A stretch of DNA of 64,000 nt, from positions 43,314-107,313 of IMG/VR virus record IMGVR_UViG_2687453341_000003, one strand, 5' to 3'. Under the pieces are notes generated by a model. That model was not told the origin of the DNA. It searched no databases and saw only the letters and a list, made by a program, of their open reading frames with translations. Of this stretch, positions 1 through 9,708 are shown in pieces (position 1 is the stretch's first letter; every line of letters starts with the position of its first letter). This DNA comes from a virus (lineage: Duplodnaviria > Caudoviricetes). Both the position numbers and the translations under genes were made by a program.

Positions 1-1
1 C

Positions 2-853
2 GATATTCCCAAACCACGCATCGAGCAATCGATCGAACTCGTTGTCGCTAACAAAGTCGTTCGCGAGGGGGCGATCCTTAGGCCGGAGCTTCTTATGCGT
101 TGCAGCGTGCTTTGGTTTCCCCGTCTCATGATCGACACCAAAGGAAGCAGCGTTCCCTTGCCCTTGCTTAAGTTTCCCCGACGCAGCGTCGTTGGTGAAC
201 GAGGATAGGCCGGCCGCGATCGCGTTGTTCGATCGTGGTTCCACTTTGACATTGTACGGAGGGTCAGTGTTGCAAAGATGAATCGCATTGCCGGCCAATA
301 AGCGATCTAGATCCGCAGGACTCGAAGAATCCCCACAGAGCAAACGATGATTTCCGAGGATCCAAAGATCCCCTGGCTTAGTGATCGCAGCATCTGGAGG
401 TTCCGGGATTTCGTCCGGGTCGGTCAAGCCTTCGTTGACTCCGGTATCCATCAGCTTCGCAAGTTCCTCCGCGTTAAACCCAAGCAGCCCGAGGTCGTAG
501 TTTGCTTCCTGCAATGCCGACAATTCGATCGGCAACAGATCGTAATTCCATTCCGCGATCTCAGCGGTCTTGTTATCTGCGATGCGGTAGGCTCGGACTT
601 GCTCAGGCGACAGGTGCGCCGCTACAACAACGGGCACTCGCTCGAGTCCGAGCTTCTGCGCGGCTTTCAATCTTGTATGCCCGACGATGATGACACTATC
701 ACTATCGACAACGATTGGCTGTGAGAAGCCATACTCCTTAATCGAAGCAGCGACGGCGTCAACGGCTTTATCGTTGTTGCGGGGGTTGTTTTCGTAGGGA
801 CGAACGCGATCGAGGGTCCACATTTCAATCTGCAATGCATTGATGGTTGACAT
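2..853 (-). CDS. ParB-like N-terminal domain fused to N4/N6 DNA methyltransferase (3' end outside window)
   Basis: Manual translation from ATG 853: MSTINALQIEMWTLDRVRPYENNPRNN...GFSQPIVVD...IIVGHTRLKAA...GDLWILGNHRLLCGDS...NTDPPYNV; not in ORF track because it runs off the window. Confidence 0.9.
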   Translation of the reverse strand, partial: MSTINALQIEMWTLDRVRPYENNPRNNDKAVDAVAASIKEYGFSQPIVVDSDSVIIVGHTRLKAAQKLGLERVPVVVAAHLSPEQVRAYRIADNKTAEIAEWNYDLLPIELSALQEANYDLGLLGFNAEELAKLMDTGVNEGLTDPDEIPEPPDAAITKPGDLWILGNHRLLCGDSSSPADLDRLLAGNAIHLCNTDPPYNVKVEPRSNNAIAAGLSSFTNDAASGKLKQGQGNAASFGVDHETGKPKHAATHKKLRPKDRPLANDFVSDNEFDRLLDAWFGNI

Positions 854-911
854 ACTGGTATCCTTCCGTGATGGACTCGTGTTGGAAATAGATCTCTAAT
901 CTTTGGTGGAA

Positions 912-1142
912 TTACTTGGCGTTGATGGGCTCGGGCTTCGCTTTCAACGCGTTGACGTTCACGTTTCTCGACGCCTTGCTTCGTACTTTTCGAAGCGCAC
1001 GTTTCAACGCTTCATCCCAGGTTGTTGGCTGGGGCTCTGATGGCTTCGAATCCACCTCGCCCGCTTCGCGTTTTGCAATCGAGCGTCTGGCTGCTGCATT
1101 GAATCGCTTCAATTTCCGGCGCATAGATGTGCCGAAATCCAT
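912..1142 (-). CDS. Small basic hypothetical protein
   Basis: AAGGAG RBS 6 nt before ATG 1142 (MDFGTSMRRK...). Confidence 0.55.
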   Translation of the reverse strand: MDFGTSMRRKLKRFNAAARRSIAKREAGEVDSKPSEPQPTTWDEALKRALRKVRSKASRNVNVNALKAKPEPINAK

Positions 1143-1215
1143 GAAAATCTCCTTGTAAAAATGGGGCGGAAGTCGCCCGGACCCAAAAAACAAACTCTGT
1201 CTAGTAAGGCTCCTG

Positions 1216-1257
1216 TTCCCGCGGCCCTAGAACGCGTTTTAGGGCGGGGTAGGACCC
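1216..1257 (-). other. Putative lambda-like cos packaging site (cosQ + cosN-like)
   Basis: Minus strand GGGTCCT + 23 nt + GGGCCGCGGGAA; lambda has GGGTCCT + 23 nt + GGGCGGCGACCT. Confidence 0.55.
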
Positions 1258-1429
1258 ATTACTATTCGTTGCACCGAAGCTGCTGAGTGCCACTTTGGCA
1301 GACGCAACGTGGGGGCCACTGTTGGCCCACTGACGCGTTCTCCGGTTGGTTTGGCGTTCCATACGAATGCGGTGCTTCGGTTGCGACGTGCGCTAACGTG
1401 TGCGATTCGTTGCGATTGCGCTTGGTTAC

Positions 1430-1900
1430 TCATGAGTAGTCTCGGATGATATTGCCTGCTGCCTTCCAGAGTTCGTTTGCATTCGTTGGCGTCCAGTTGC
1501 GAACGTTCTCGGCACCACCACCGGCGCCATGCCCCATTTCCCAATAGGTCACATCGGGATTGATTCCGAATGCGGCTGATGCGTCGGCAGGAATCGTTTC
1601 CTCATCGCCGTTTGGCTTGTTACTAGCGCCAAAGGAGAAGTCCATGCAGCGCCGGCCAGCAAACGCTGCAACTTCGTCAAAGGGTTGCACGTCGATCAAA
1701 AGCACATGGGTGTCAGGGCACTCGGAGTGCCCGCATGGAAACTCCACACGGAAGCTTGGCGTCCAACCAACGAGGTCAAACGGCTCATAGTCCCACTTCC
1801 ATTTCGCTTGATCGAAGAAGCACGCCCATTGCGCTTCCAAACGGGAACGGAACTGGACGCCGTTGTAGAAGGTGGACCGAGACTCAAATGCGTGATTCAT
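1430..1900 (-). CDS. Phage PD-(D/E)XK-like nuclease family protein
   Basis: T.YNGVQFRSRLEAQWACFFD...W.YEP...PSF motif typical of this phage family; probable start MNHAFES at 1900. Confidence 0.6.
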   Translation of the reverse strand: MNHAFESRSTFYNGVQFRSRLEAQWACFFDQAKWKWDYEPFDLVGWTPSFRVEFPCGHSECPDTHVLLIDVQPFDEVAAFAGRRCMDFSFGASNKPNGDEETIPADASAAFGINPDVTYWEMGHGAGGGAENVRNWTPTNANELWKAAGNIIRDYS

Positions 1901-1952
1901 ATCGCGGGTACCTTTCGATTTTGGGGTGACTGAGAAATGTGGTTTGAGGCAT

Positions 1953-2297
1953 TCCCGGACGTCCGGACGTTTAGGACGTGTTTCCCTATACGATCTACAT
2001 ACGGGAAAATACACATACGTTTACCCGTCCAATAACTAACTCCTGACAAACGTCCGGAACGTCCGGAACGTCCTAAACCGCCAATGAAAATGCTGGGTAA
2101 AACGTTAGGACGTTTCGAAATCTTTATGTCCGGGAAATGTCCTAAACGTCCGGAAGTGGACACTGAGCCTCGCATGTGGGAGCAGCGAAAGTGATCGAAC
2201 GCCGAACTGCTATCAGCGATTGTGATACTGATCATGAAAACAGCTCCATTTCCCGGACGTTCCCGGACGTTTGATTTTCAACGTCCGGAAGTCCTAA
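1953..2297. repeat. Cluster of direct and inverted (CC/TA)GGACGT repeats, putative replication origin
   Basis: A dozen or more GGACGT/ACGTCC/ATGTCC units in four groups at the 3' end of the primase gene. Confidence 0.65.
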
Positions 2298-4901
2298 GCG
2301 GTCATTGTGGGCCGACTCAACGAAGACCTGGTACTGGTTGTATTGGCCGTTGAACGAGCGCTTGAATACCGCGAAGGTGCCGTCATCAAGCTTGAAACGC
2401 TCGCCAACGAATCGCCCTGCCAGCTTGCCCATGCGTGTGGTCTGAGAGCGAGGAGTCCCGTCACCGAGTTCGGATTGCAGCACAAAGTGCTTGTTTGCGA
2501 GGTCGGTTAACTCAGACGAAGACCAGATCCCCTGTGGATGATGCGCAAGCGCCGTAACGAGCTCTTCGAACTCGCGGCGCGTCTCATCCATTTCACTGGC
2601 GGCATCTTCGGCATTGGTCATGAAGTCCGGTTCACCATTGGCTTCAAGAATTCCACCGATGATGTTGCCCCAGCCCTTCTTGTTGAATCGAGTTTGGATC
2701 TTGGCTAGAGGCATGCCACTGGCTTTCCAGCGTTCGACCATGTTTACCAGCTCACCGAGCAGTTGCAGCCGATGCGTTTGAACGTATGCCTCGGGATCAT
2801 CCATCGAGAATGAACGCCTAGATGGGTCGCCCTCGTATTCCAGGTTGATAACAACGCAGCGAGTGATAAGGTCGCGACTCACATCAGGCGAGTTGGCGGT
2901 GATGCAGAATAGATGCGAGTTCTCAGCGCGAATCTCTTGCGAGAATCCTAGCAGACGAAAGGACAGAATCGGATCGGTGATGGATCGCTCGAGGCAGGCG
3001 GAGTCGATCTTTGGATTGCGGCCGCGTGCCTTCGCGTTGTCGATGATGATAGTCGTTACACCACGTCTGACAATCGTTCCCAGTCGCTTCTCGAACTCTT
3101 CGTCGTTCGCGTTATAGGATGCAGTCTCCACATGATGGCCATCCCGGAGGATTGCCAGAATCTGTGCAAGAACCGATTTGCCTAGCTCGGGTTGATTCCC
3201 GTTGAACAGTACAGCAGGCTTAGAACCGATGAAGCGTGAGACTAGCAGCCCCGTTAGCAGGATACCTATGTAATTAGTGCGATCGGCCGGCTTCCGCCAA
3301 CAGAAGTCTCGCAGCAATGCGTCGAGATGCTTGGTCCCCTCAACGGGCTCGATGTTAGGACCAGCATAAAAGAAACCAGTCTGGGGATCGAAACCAGGAC
3401 TGACCAATCGCCAATCCTCTGTGTAGATCGGATTGTGGCTAAACAGCCGGATGGCTGGAAGGCGTTCTCTTTGCCCCACATTGTTGAGCCAGGTGTTCGC
3501 ATACGAGGATGGGAGCGGCTTGTACTCACCCCCATCGTCATTCACGAAATAGAACTCGACATGCTGGTTGAGTAGACCTGTCAATTCCGCCGAGGAGAGA
3601 ACCGGCGAGATCGATTGCTCCCTCACCACGACCATTTGTTCCACCCGATTGAAACAGGAGCCGGTGGCAAGTAGTCGGTCGGTGATCTGGTCCATGGTCG
3701 TGGCAACAGGCGTTGATCGCGAGTCGATCGTAATGGTTCGTCGTTCTTCGGACTCATCTGCCTGCTGGCCATCCGTTGGCGCAGCTACTGTAGGACTTTC
3801 CTTTGGCAAACGCTTTTGCAAGCGATCGCACAACGTAGCCCGCACATCGTACTCGCCACTTTCCCAGGTTAAGTCGAAGTAGCGGCGACCTTGCTCTGCG
3901 AACTTACCCACCGATTGCAGTCGATGCCAAACCTCATCCTTCTCGATCCCGTTTCGAATCGCATAGCAGCAGACTGCGAAGTCAGCCTCGGAACGTGCAC
4001 CATCGGGAGCGATCGCACAAGCCGCAATCAACTCCGAGAGCTTGTCCGATTTTCCAGCCGATAGTTTGCGAACAGATGGCAAGGGCATCGCCTCGATCTG
4101 CCGCCGGCGCTTGGTAGATTCGCTCGTCTTTGCAAACTTCTGAAATGCCTCGAGGGAATACCGCCTGGTTCCATCACATTCGATTAATTCTGCTTTGCCC
4201 GGTGCGCGACCATTACGTTGATCTTTGCGATTCAATGTGCCAGGAAGCCGGAGCAACCGAGTGAGGTCCGTTGTATGATCGGCGCTGATGGCAGACGCGA
4301 TGCCAGTTAAAAGGTCTTGGGCCTGAAGTGCTTTCGGGCTTGTTTTGGTCAAATGATGGCGTTGATCCACAAAAACACGATCATTACCATCCAGCATGTA
4401 TCGTCTCGGCTTCTTTCGCCCATCGCTGCCGAGAGCCCATTCCGTTTCAATGGGAGGCGGATCGCCCGCGTCGTCGATTAGGAATGGGCGATCCAGCAGC
4501 CAGTAAAGATGCACACCGTTCCCACTGCTAACGATCGCCGTAGGTGTAGGCATCGACTGCGATGCGCATCGTTCAAGGGACTGTGCAACGGTGCATCCAT
4601 CAATATCGGCCCACAGGCATCGAATAACGCGAATCTGCCAAGCGAGGTCGAATCGCCCTTTGTTTCCTACTCGGGGGCAGACTCCGAAAAACAAGTTCGT
4701 GCGCTCCGACTCGGAACTTGCTTCCAATCGAGCCAGTGTTTGTTCAAGAGTCGTCGCCTTGGCGGGCCGATAGCAAACATTGCGATAATCGACGCGGCTA
4801 CGTTTTCGTCCACTTTCATTCCAAGTCTCCACGGGACGAAAGAGGATGAGATCGGACGGATCATACAATGTTGTCAATAAGGTGATCGCTGGATGAGTCA
4901 A
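2232..4901 (-). CDS. RepB-type primase with C-terminal NTPase/helicase-like domain
   Basis: LWADID, SSGNGVHLYW, DLTRLLRLPGTLN primase motifs; RSEADF helical domain; GNQPELGKS P-loop-like motif and IIIDN. Confidence 0.8.
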   Translation of the reverse strand: MTHPAITLLTTLYDPSDLILFRPVETWNESGRKRSRVDYRNVCYRPAKATTLEQTLARLEASSESERTNLFFGVCPRVGNKGRFDLAWQIRVIRCLWADIDGCTVAQSLERCASQSMPTPTAIVSSGNGVHLYWLLDRPFLIDDAGDPPPIETEWALGSDGRKKPRRYMLDGNDRVFVDQRHHLTKTSPKALQAQDLLTGIASAISADHTTDLTRLLRLPGTLNRKDQRNGRAPGKAELIECDGTRRYSLEAFQKFAKTSESTKRRRQIEAMPLPSVRKLSAGKSDKLSELIAACAIAPDGARSEADFAVCCYAIRNGIEKDEVWHRLQSVGKFAEQGRRYFDLTWESGEYDVRATLCDRLQKRLPKESPTVAAPTDGQQADESEERRTITIDSRSTPVATTMDQITDRLLATGSCFNRVEQMVVVREQSISPVLSSAELTGLLNQHVEFYFVNDDGGEYKPLPSSYANTWLNNVGQRERLPAIRLFSHNPIYTEDWRLVSPGFDPQTGFFYAGPNIEPVEGTKHLDALLRDFCWRKPADRTNYIGILLTGLLVSRFIGSKPAVLFNGNQPELGKSVLAQILAILRDGHHVETASYNANDEEFEKRLGTIVRRGVTTIIIDNAKARGRNPKIDSACLERSITDPILSFRLLGFSQEIRAENSHLFCITANSPDVSRDLITRCVVINLEYEGDPSRRSFSMDDPEAYVQTHRLQLLGELVNMVERWKASGMPLAKIQTRFNKKGWGNIIGGILEANGEPDFMTNAEDAASEMDETRREFEELVTALAHHPQGIWSSSELTDLANKHFVLQSELGDGTPRSQTTRMGKLAGRFVGERFKLDDGTFAVFKRSFNGQYNQYQVFVESAHNDRLGLPDVENQTSGNVREMELFS

Positions 4902-5167
4902 GCTGCGCCACCCTTATTTGCTTGGTCGCTGGCTGGTACCCTTACTCCCATCGATTTCAAGACTCGCAACCCATGGTCCGTTTCACAAAACCGAACCACA
5001 GGCTCGTTCTCATCTGATAGTGATGCAAGCTGAGCCCAGCTAACGCTTTTCCATTTGCGACAGCGGTATGCACGAATGGCAATCCCAGAATCATCGAAAC
5101 GAACAACAAGGTTTAGACTTGGGAAATGCCGGACGATTGGGCGACTGAAACGGGTGAGTTGCGACAT
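4898..5167 (-). CDS. Hypothetical protein
   Basis: Coupled between rusA and primase (4-nt overlap with primase). Confidence 0.6.
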   Translation of the reverse strand: MSQLTRFSRPIVRHFPSLNLVVRFDDSGIAIRAYRCRKWKSVSWAQLASLSDENEPVVRFCETDHGLRVLKSMGVRVPASDQANKGGAA

Positions 5168-5169
5168 GG

Positions 5170-5553
5170 CTAGGCGATCTCCATGCTGGGAGAAAGCGAT
5201 TGCGACGTCTCATCGCTGAGTTGAACCCTGATTGTGCCGCTCTTCTGCGCTTCGTGCTTGATCGAGAGTAACCAGACAACTTGCGAGTCATCCCAGAAAG
5301 CGCCGGCATGTTGTAACGCATCGAGTACAGATTTTTGTACGTTATCTGCGTCGCGCCGACGATCATCCGGCGGGGTTATGTCGATACGAATCGCTAGCGG
5401 TCCCATCAAAGGTTTGATACCAGCGGCGATCGCCATTCGTCGAACCTGATGACGATAGGTCCTCGCATCCTTTGAAAGCACGGGACGTCCTTGGTAGTAG
5501 CTGAAGTAATGATTTATCGACGGTGGGTAAGGGAGTGTGAGCTCGGTAACCAT
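5170..5553 (-). CDS. rusA: RusA family Holliday junction resolvase
   Basis: LPYPPSIN, PPDDRRRDADNVQKSVLDALQHAGAFWDDSQV. Confidence 0.9.
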   Translation of the reverse strand: MVTELTLPYPPSINHYFSYYQGRPVLSKDARTYRHQVRRMAIAAGIKPLMGPLAIRIDITPPDDRRRDADNVQKSVLDALQHAGAFWDDSQVVWLLSIKHEAQKSGTIRVQLSDETSQSLSPSMEIA

Positions 5554-5577
5554 CCCTGCTTCCTTTTGCTGAAATAG

Positions 5578-5639
5578 AAAAAGCTGGAACGGAGCGAATG
5601 GCCGATTAGCAACGACTCATTCGCTTTGCCCGTCCCAGC
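5578..5639 (-). terminator. Long hairpin with U-tract between DUF669 gene and rusA
   Basis: GCTGG-GACGG..AGCGAATG..CATTCGCT-CCGTT-CCAGC-TTTTT on minus strand. Confidence 0.5.
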
Positions 5640-5669
5640 CGCACCCGTGCGAACTCAAGCCGCTTGTGA

Positions 5670-6134
5670 TCAGAACGGTATATCCCCTGATGATGGGACT
5701 TCACCGCTTGATGCCGCAGCAAGACGAATGCGTCGATTGAAGTAGACGTTGGTGTAGTCACCACGAGTCCGCTTCGTGACTTCCAAGGTCACATCGAGCA
5801 GTTCTTCGAGTCGCCCAGACAATTCGCTGAATTTGGAAAGTTCGATCCCCAGCGTTTTTAGGTCTCCCTTTACATAGGGAATCGACGCTTGGGTGATGAC
5901 CGAGTTCTTGAAGATGTGGCGGCCGGCCTGGGAGCCAGACATCACTTCCAAATCGAACTTAATCATCGGATCGCCCTTCTGACTTGACTCAAGCTTCACC
6001 GACTCGATGCGAGCTTGATACTTGCCATCGGGGACTTCGTCGTACTCCGGTGCCTCCGCAGTTTCGAACTCTTCATCGAACGACGACAAATCGACCGAGG
6101 GATTGTTGGGTTCGTATTCTTCGTAATCGCTCAT
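5670..6134 (-). CDS. DUF669 family protein (phage SSB-like)
   Basis: VPDGKY.A.I, acidic N-terminus, C-terminal DIPF tail; follows AAA ATPase. Confidence 0.8.
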   Translation of the reverse strand: MSDYEEYEPNNPSVDLSSFDEEFETAEAPEYDEVPDGKYQARIESVKLESSQKGDPMIKFDLEVMSGSQAGRHIFKNSVITQASIPYVKGDLKTLGIELSKFSELSGRLEELLDVTLEVTKRTRGDYTNVYFNRRIRLAAASSGEVPSSGDIPF

Positions 6135-7987
6135 TACTTAACAGCCTTTCCTGCTGGGGTGCTGCCCGGATTGGAAGAAGACGCAGCAGAGCCTTTGCCG
6201 GGCGCAGGGCTCTGTGCGGTTGAATTTGATGTGTTGCCGCTGAATGCCGAATTGAAAGCGGCATAGCTCAGTGGCAGCATTTCTGGCAAGCGACCCGTGC
6301 GATCGCCGGCTTCGTAAGTGGGATGCGGCTTGGTTCGGAGCACGCGATCGACAACAAGATTGCCTGCAGCGTCCTTACGCGAGACCGAGTCACCGTAGAG
6401 GATGATGTCGACTAGGCCCAACACAACGTTGCGAGCCCGATCAGGCAAGCTTGGGGTCGTTTTGGTGTATTCCCCGGTTCGCGTTTCAATTGTCTTGTCG
6501 ACGGCATGCGAAATGAGAATCAAGCCGTATGGCAAACTAGCCAAACGCGTCAGTACTCGATGCCATTCGTTCTTGACCAGAGCCCAGCCTTTGCCGTGGC
6601 CCATGTCCCCTTCGTACTCGATGCCATGTTTGGCACAGACATAGTCCGAGCACATCTTGAAGGCGTTGTCGACCGTGTCGATCACCAACGTCTTGAAGTT
6701 GTGATCACCCTTGGCGATGAGTTTGCAAGCTTCCAGGAATGTTTCCCACGAATAGGTTGGCACCTTGAACACTTCCAAGTGATTAAGACCTGGCTCGCAT
6801 TCGAAGAACATCGCCTCCGGGAATTGGGAAGCAAAACTCGAGTTATGAACGACGAAGTCGTTGGCTACGAAGTTATGAGTGTCCGGAATTGTGAGATCGT
6901 AGATTCGACCGGTGCCCAATGGAACAATACTCTTGATGCGATCAAAAAGTATGTTCCCCTGACGATCTAACTGTGTTGAAGCGGCGCGAATGGAGTATAA
7001 GCCTTGGCGAAGTTGCTCAGCCGCGATTTGCTTCTCGCCAAATACACCGATGTCGTCCAGAAATCGCAAGATGTCTTCTTTGGCGGCGATGTACAGCTCT
7101 GCGCCGTACAGCTCACCATCGATAAATCGATCTCGCATGAGACTGACGATTCCAAATCGCAGTAGCAGATGCTGAACCTGTCTCACCATTCGAATTGACT
7201 TCGAACTGTATGAGACCTTTTTCTTTTCGACCGAACCATCACAGCTAAACAAGCGATTCAAAAAGAGTGCCATTCGCTCTCGTTGAAGACCGAATACAAA
7301 ATCGGGAATGAATTTATCGCCAGATCGCAAGCCGTCGATGCCATGTTCTCGAATGAATCGCAAGACATTATTGCGACCAATACGCCCACCCTTCACTCGC
7401 ACCTGTGGGATGCCTTGATCATTGACGAACTCAAGGAATTCATCGCCAATCGATTCAACGGCCTGCTTGAAATCTTCGCGAACTTCTTCGTCAACCTTCG
7501 TAAATACTGGACTCGTACCGCCGAGGCTCCCATCAGCTAAGAGGTAAGCCAGGACTTTGAGAAATTCGGGTTCTGTCCGGACTGTACCGAACAGTGACGA
7601 ATACTCAGCGACGACACCGATTTTGTCATTCTCTTTCAATACGCTTAGCGGTGCCCATCCTTCGCGGGTTAAGAAGGGATGCTCAGCAGTCGCATCGATA
7701 GTGCGGCCTGACTGCGTCGTGATCCGAAACAACATGGCTTCGCCGTTGTCGATGTAGTCGGTTGGATCAGCTGACTTGATGATGCCGGCCATCCCCATCG
7801 ATAAGACTGTGCCTTCCTTGCTGGTCACAAGGTCTGCCAAGGTAACTGGCTGCCCAGAAGTTGGGTCATATAGGACTGTATTGCCAGCGAGACACTTGCC
7901 TAGTTTTGGAACGCCATAGAGCAAGATCGACTGCTTTGCCAAGTCGGTGGTCGGCCTGGTCTTGGCTGTTGGTAGAGTCAGTGTCAT
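6134..7987 (-). CDS. AAA_24/Sak4-like ATPase interrupted by an intein
   Basis: Walker A GVPKLGK|SS split by intein; LVIDTVD Walker B; LISH motif. Confidence 0.85.
   Translation of the reverse strand: MTLTLPTAKTRPTTDLAKQSILLYGVPKLGKCLAGNTVLYDPTSGQPVTLADLVTSKEGTVLSMGMAGIIKSADPTDYIDNGEAMLFRITTQSGRTIDATAEHPFLTREGWAPLSVLKENDKIGVVAEYSSLFGTVRTEPEFLKVLAYLLADGSLGGTSPVFTKVDEEVREDFKQAVESIGDEFLEFVNDQGIPQVRVKGGRIGRNNVLRFIREHGIDGLRSGDKFIPDFVFGLQRERMALFLNRLFSCDGSVEKKKVSYSSKSIRMVRQVQHLLLRFGIVSLMRDRFIDGELYGAELYIAAKEDILRFLDDIGVFGEKQIAAEQLRQGLYSIRAASTQLDRQGNILFDRIKSIVPLGTGRIYDLTIPDTHNFVANDFVVHNSSFASQFPEAMFFECEPGLNHLEVFKVPTYSWETFLEACKLIAKGDHNFKTLVIDTVDNAFKMCSDYVCAKHGIEYEGDMGHGKGWALVKNEWHRVLTRLASLPYGLILISHAVDKTIETRTGEYTKTTPSLPDRARNVVLGLVDIILYGDSVSRKDAAGNLVVDRVLRTKPHPTYEAGDRTGRLPEMLPLSYAAFNSAFSGNTSNSTAQSPAPGKGSAASSSNPGSTPAGKAVK
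6842..7894 (-). mobile_element. Intein with LAGLIDADG homing endonuclease (351 aa)
   Basis: Starts CLAGNT, block B ATAEHPF, LAYLLADGS and FLNRLFSCDGS motifs, ends YDLTIPDTHNFVANDFVVHN before Ser+1. Confidence 0.92.
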
Positions 7988-8007
7988 AAATGAGAATTCC
8001 TTTCAAA

Positions 8008-9054
8008 TCAGAACGGGGGTGCTTCAGAATCAACACGAGATAGCTCTTCGTTAGGGAGAGCGATCTCGTACAGGTTGTCAGCGACGTTTGGATTGAATCC
8101 CGACTGGCAATACGCTAAGTACTCGCAGGGTCGTTGGTACGAGAAACAGTTCGAGGTATTCAGCAGCCATTTGCCACGTCGGCGGGCATCGAGGTATTGC
8201 TGCGTGATCTCCCAGACCTCGTCTTGCAACATGGCGAGACGGTCTTCGGAGAGATAAATGAACTCGCGATGGAAGGCCTCGGGACGGGAATACCATTCCG
8301 TTAGCCGGACTTGGAACTCATCGTCGGTCTCAGGCATCTGCCGCTTGGCGGTTGACTTGCCGCTCTTGTTCTTGGCTGCCAATTCGGCTTTGCGAGCCTC
8401 GTACTCTTCCTGCGTTTCGCCTTTCCCTTGCTTGAGCCGACTCTTGAGCAACACGTTGTAGATGACGCCCACGATCGGATAGCCCAACTCTCGTAGGTAA
8501 TGGCAGTACAAGGCGATTTGAGTGTCGGTCCACAGTTTATCGAGATAGCTCGAATCAACCGTGGATGCCGTTTTATGCTCAATCAGGTACAAACCATCGT
8601 GGCAATGAACGATGCCATCAACCTTGCCAGCGATACGGAATGTTTGACTTTGCCGACCCGTATCAGGGTTGCGGATCTCGCCGACGAACTCCTTTTCCAC
8701 TTCGACAATCTCGAACTCTTCGATTGCATAGCGTTCGGCGTAGCCACGGATCATCGCCGTTGCTAGATGCCACTGAACCATCTGGTTCGAATCAGCGAGG
8801 CGATCTTCAAAAGCATCATCAATGTACGTGAGCACATCGCGTAGCCGCGATTCCGCATTTTGCGACCGATACCAAAGCTCGATCGCCGTATGGATAACGC
8901 TCCCGAACGACAACGCCTCTGCACGCTCACGCGGTCGCAATTTATCGAGATAGCGGTTCTTATACTTTCTTGGACAATTGCGAAACGTATTCAGCGCTGA
9001 ATAGGTCAGTAGCGTCTTGTCGTTCGCAGCGGATGGCGCAATAACTTGAGACAT
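8008..9054 (-). CDS. PD-(D/E)XK exonuclease (RecB/Cas4-like, Fe-S cysteines)
   Basis: TYSALNTFRNCPRKY, GSVIH, GKVDG...IEHKT, Q..LY, C-terminal C..C..C. Confidence 0.85.
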   Translation of the reverse strand: MSQVIAPSAANDKTLLTYSALNTFRNCPRKYKNRYLDKLRPRERAEALSFGSVIHTAIELWYRSQNAESRLRDVLTYIDDAFEDRLADSNQMVQWHLATAMIRGYAERYAIEEFEIVEVEKEFVGEIRNPDTGRQSQTFRIAGKVDGIVHCHDGLYLIEHKTASTVDSSYLDKLWTDTQIALYCHYLRELGYPIVGVIYNVLLKSRLKQGKGETQEEYEARKAELAAKNKSGKSTAKRQMPETDDEFQVRLTEWYSRPEAFHREFIYLSEDRLAMLQDEVWEITQQYLDARRRGKWLLNTSNCFSYQRPCEYLAYCQSGFNPNVADNLYEIALPNEELSRVDSEAPPF

Positions 9055-9077
9055 GGTTTTTCCGTTACAGAATCGGG

Positions 9078-9317
9078 CTAATTGAATTGGGAATCGGTGT
9101 TAGTCACTTCGTATATGCATGGCTCTTCAATGATGATTCCATTCAGTCGCTTCACGCCACGCTCAAGAGCCAGCTGCGCTTCGCTAACTTTCAGTGATGC
9201 GTTGATTCGCGCACAGTCTCGGCAGATGCGGTTTCCAGCGCCGCTTGATCGAAACTCTTGATTGCACTTGAGGCAGCGTCGTTCTCCGGGATCGGTTGGT
9301 CGTAATGGCTTGTTCAC
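9078..9317 (-). CDS. Small Zn-finger protein
   Basis: CLKC...ICRDC. Confidence 0.65.
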   Translation of the reverse strand: MNKPLRPTDPGERRCLKCNQEFRSSGAGNRICRDCARINASLKVSEAQLALERGVKRLNGIIIEEPCIYEVTNTDSQFN

Positions 9318-9365
9318 GGTGTCACTTTCAAGAGGCAGGGATGAGGACGCGAATCAACCAGGCAG

Positions 9366-9626
9366 CTAGAGCAGCTCGAGTTCCTCGACCTCGAAGTTGC
9401 GTTCCTGGTCGGAAGTGACCAAGTAATGCTTGAAGTCGATCTTGGTAACGAAGCGGCTTGGCTCAACCAGTTGGTCTCTCAGTCCCGAACACGCTTCGTT
9501 GAACTCCCTGGATGCTGCTTCGAAATGCTCAACAGCACGCAGGTACCGTCCGACTGCACGGGAAACGTTGACACGGGTCTCGACATTGGTTGTGGATGCT
9601 GACATGGATCTCTTCATTGCAGTCAC
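9366..9626 (-). CDS. Hypothetical protein
   Basis: Co-oriented ORF in early operon. Confidence 0.55.
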   Translation of the reverse strand: MTAMKRSMSASTTNVETRVNVSRAVGRYLRAVEHFEAASREFNEACSGLRDQLVEPSRFVTKIDFKHYLVTSDQERNFEVEELELL

Positions 9627-9708
9627 TTGGGAATGGTGGGTTGATTTGCCCTCTACCTCTTGAACTACTCAGCAAAGTGGCAAACTGGCGAAAGACTTTC
9701 AAAACTTT

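Noticed and set aside
1953-2297. Mini CRISPR array
   Set aside because: Repeat units are only 6-9 bp, in both orientations, with irregular spacing
8008-9054. Cas4-like gene suggesting CRISPR-Cas
   Set aside because: No array or other cas genes seen; context (AAA ATPase, DUF669) is a phage recombination module
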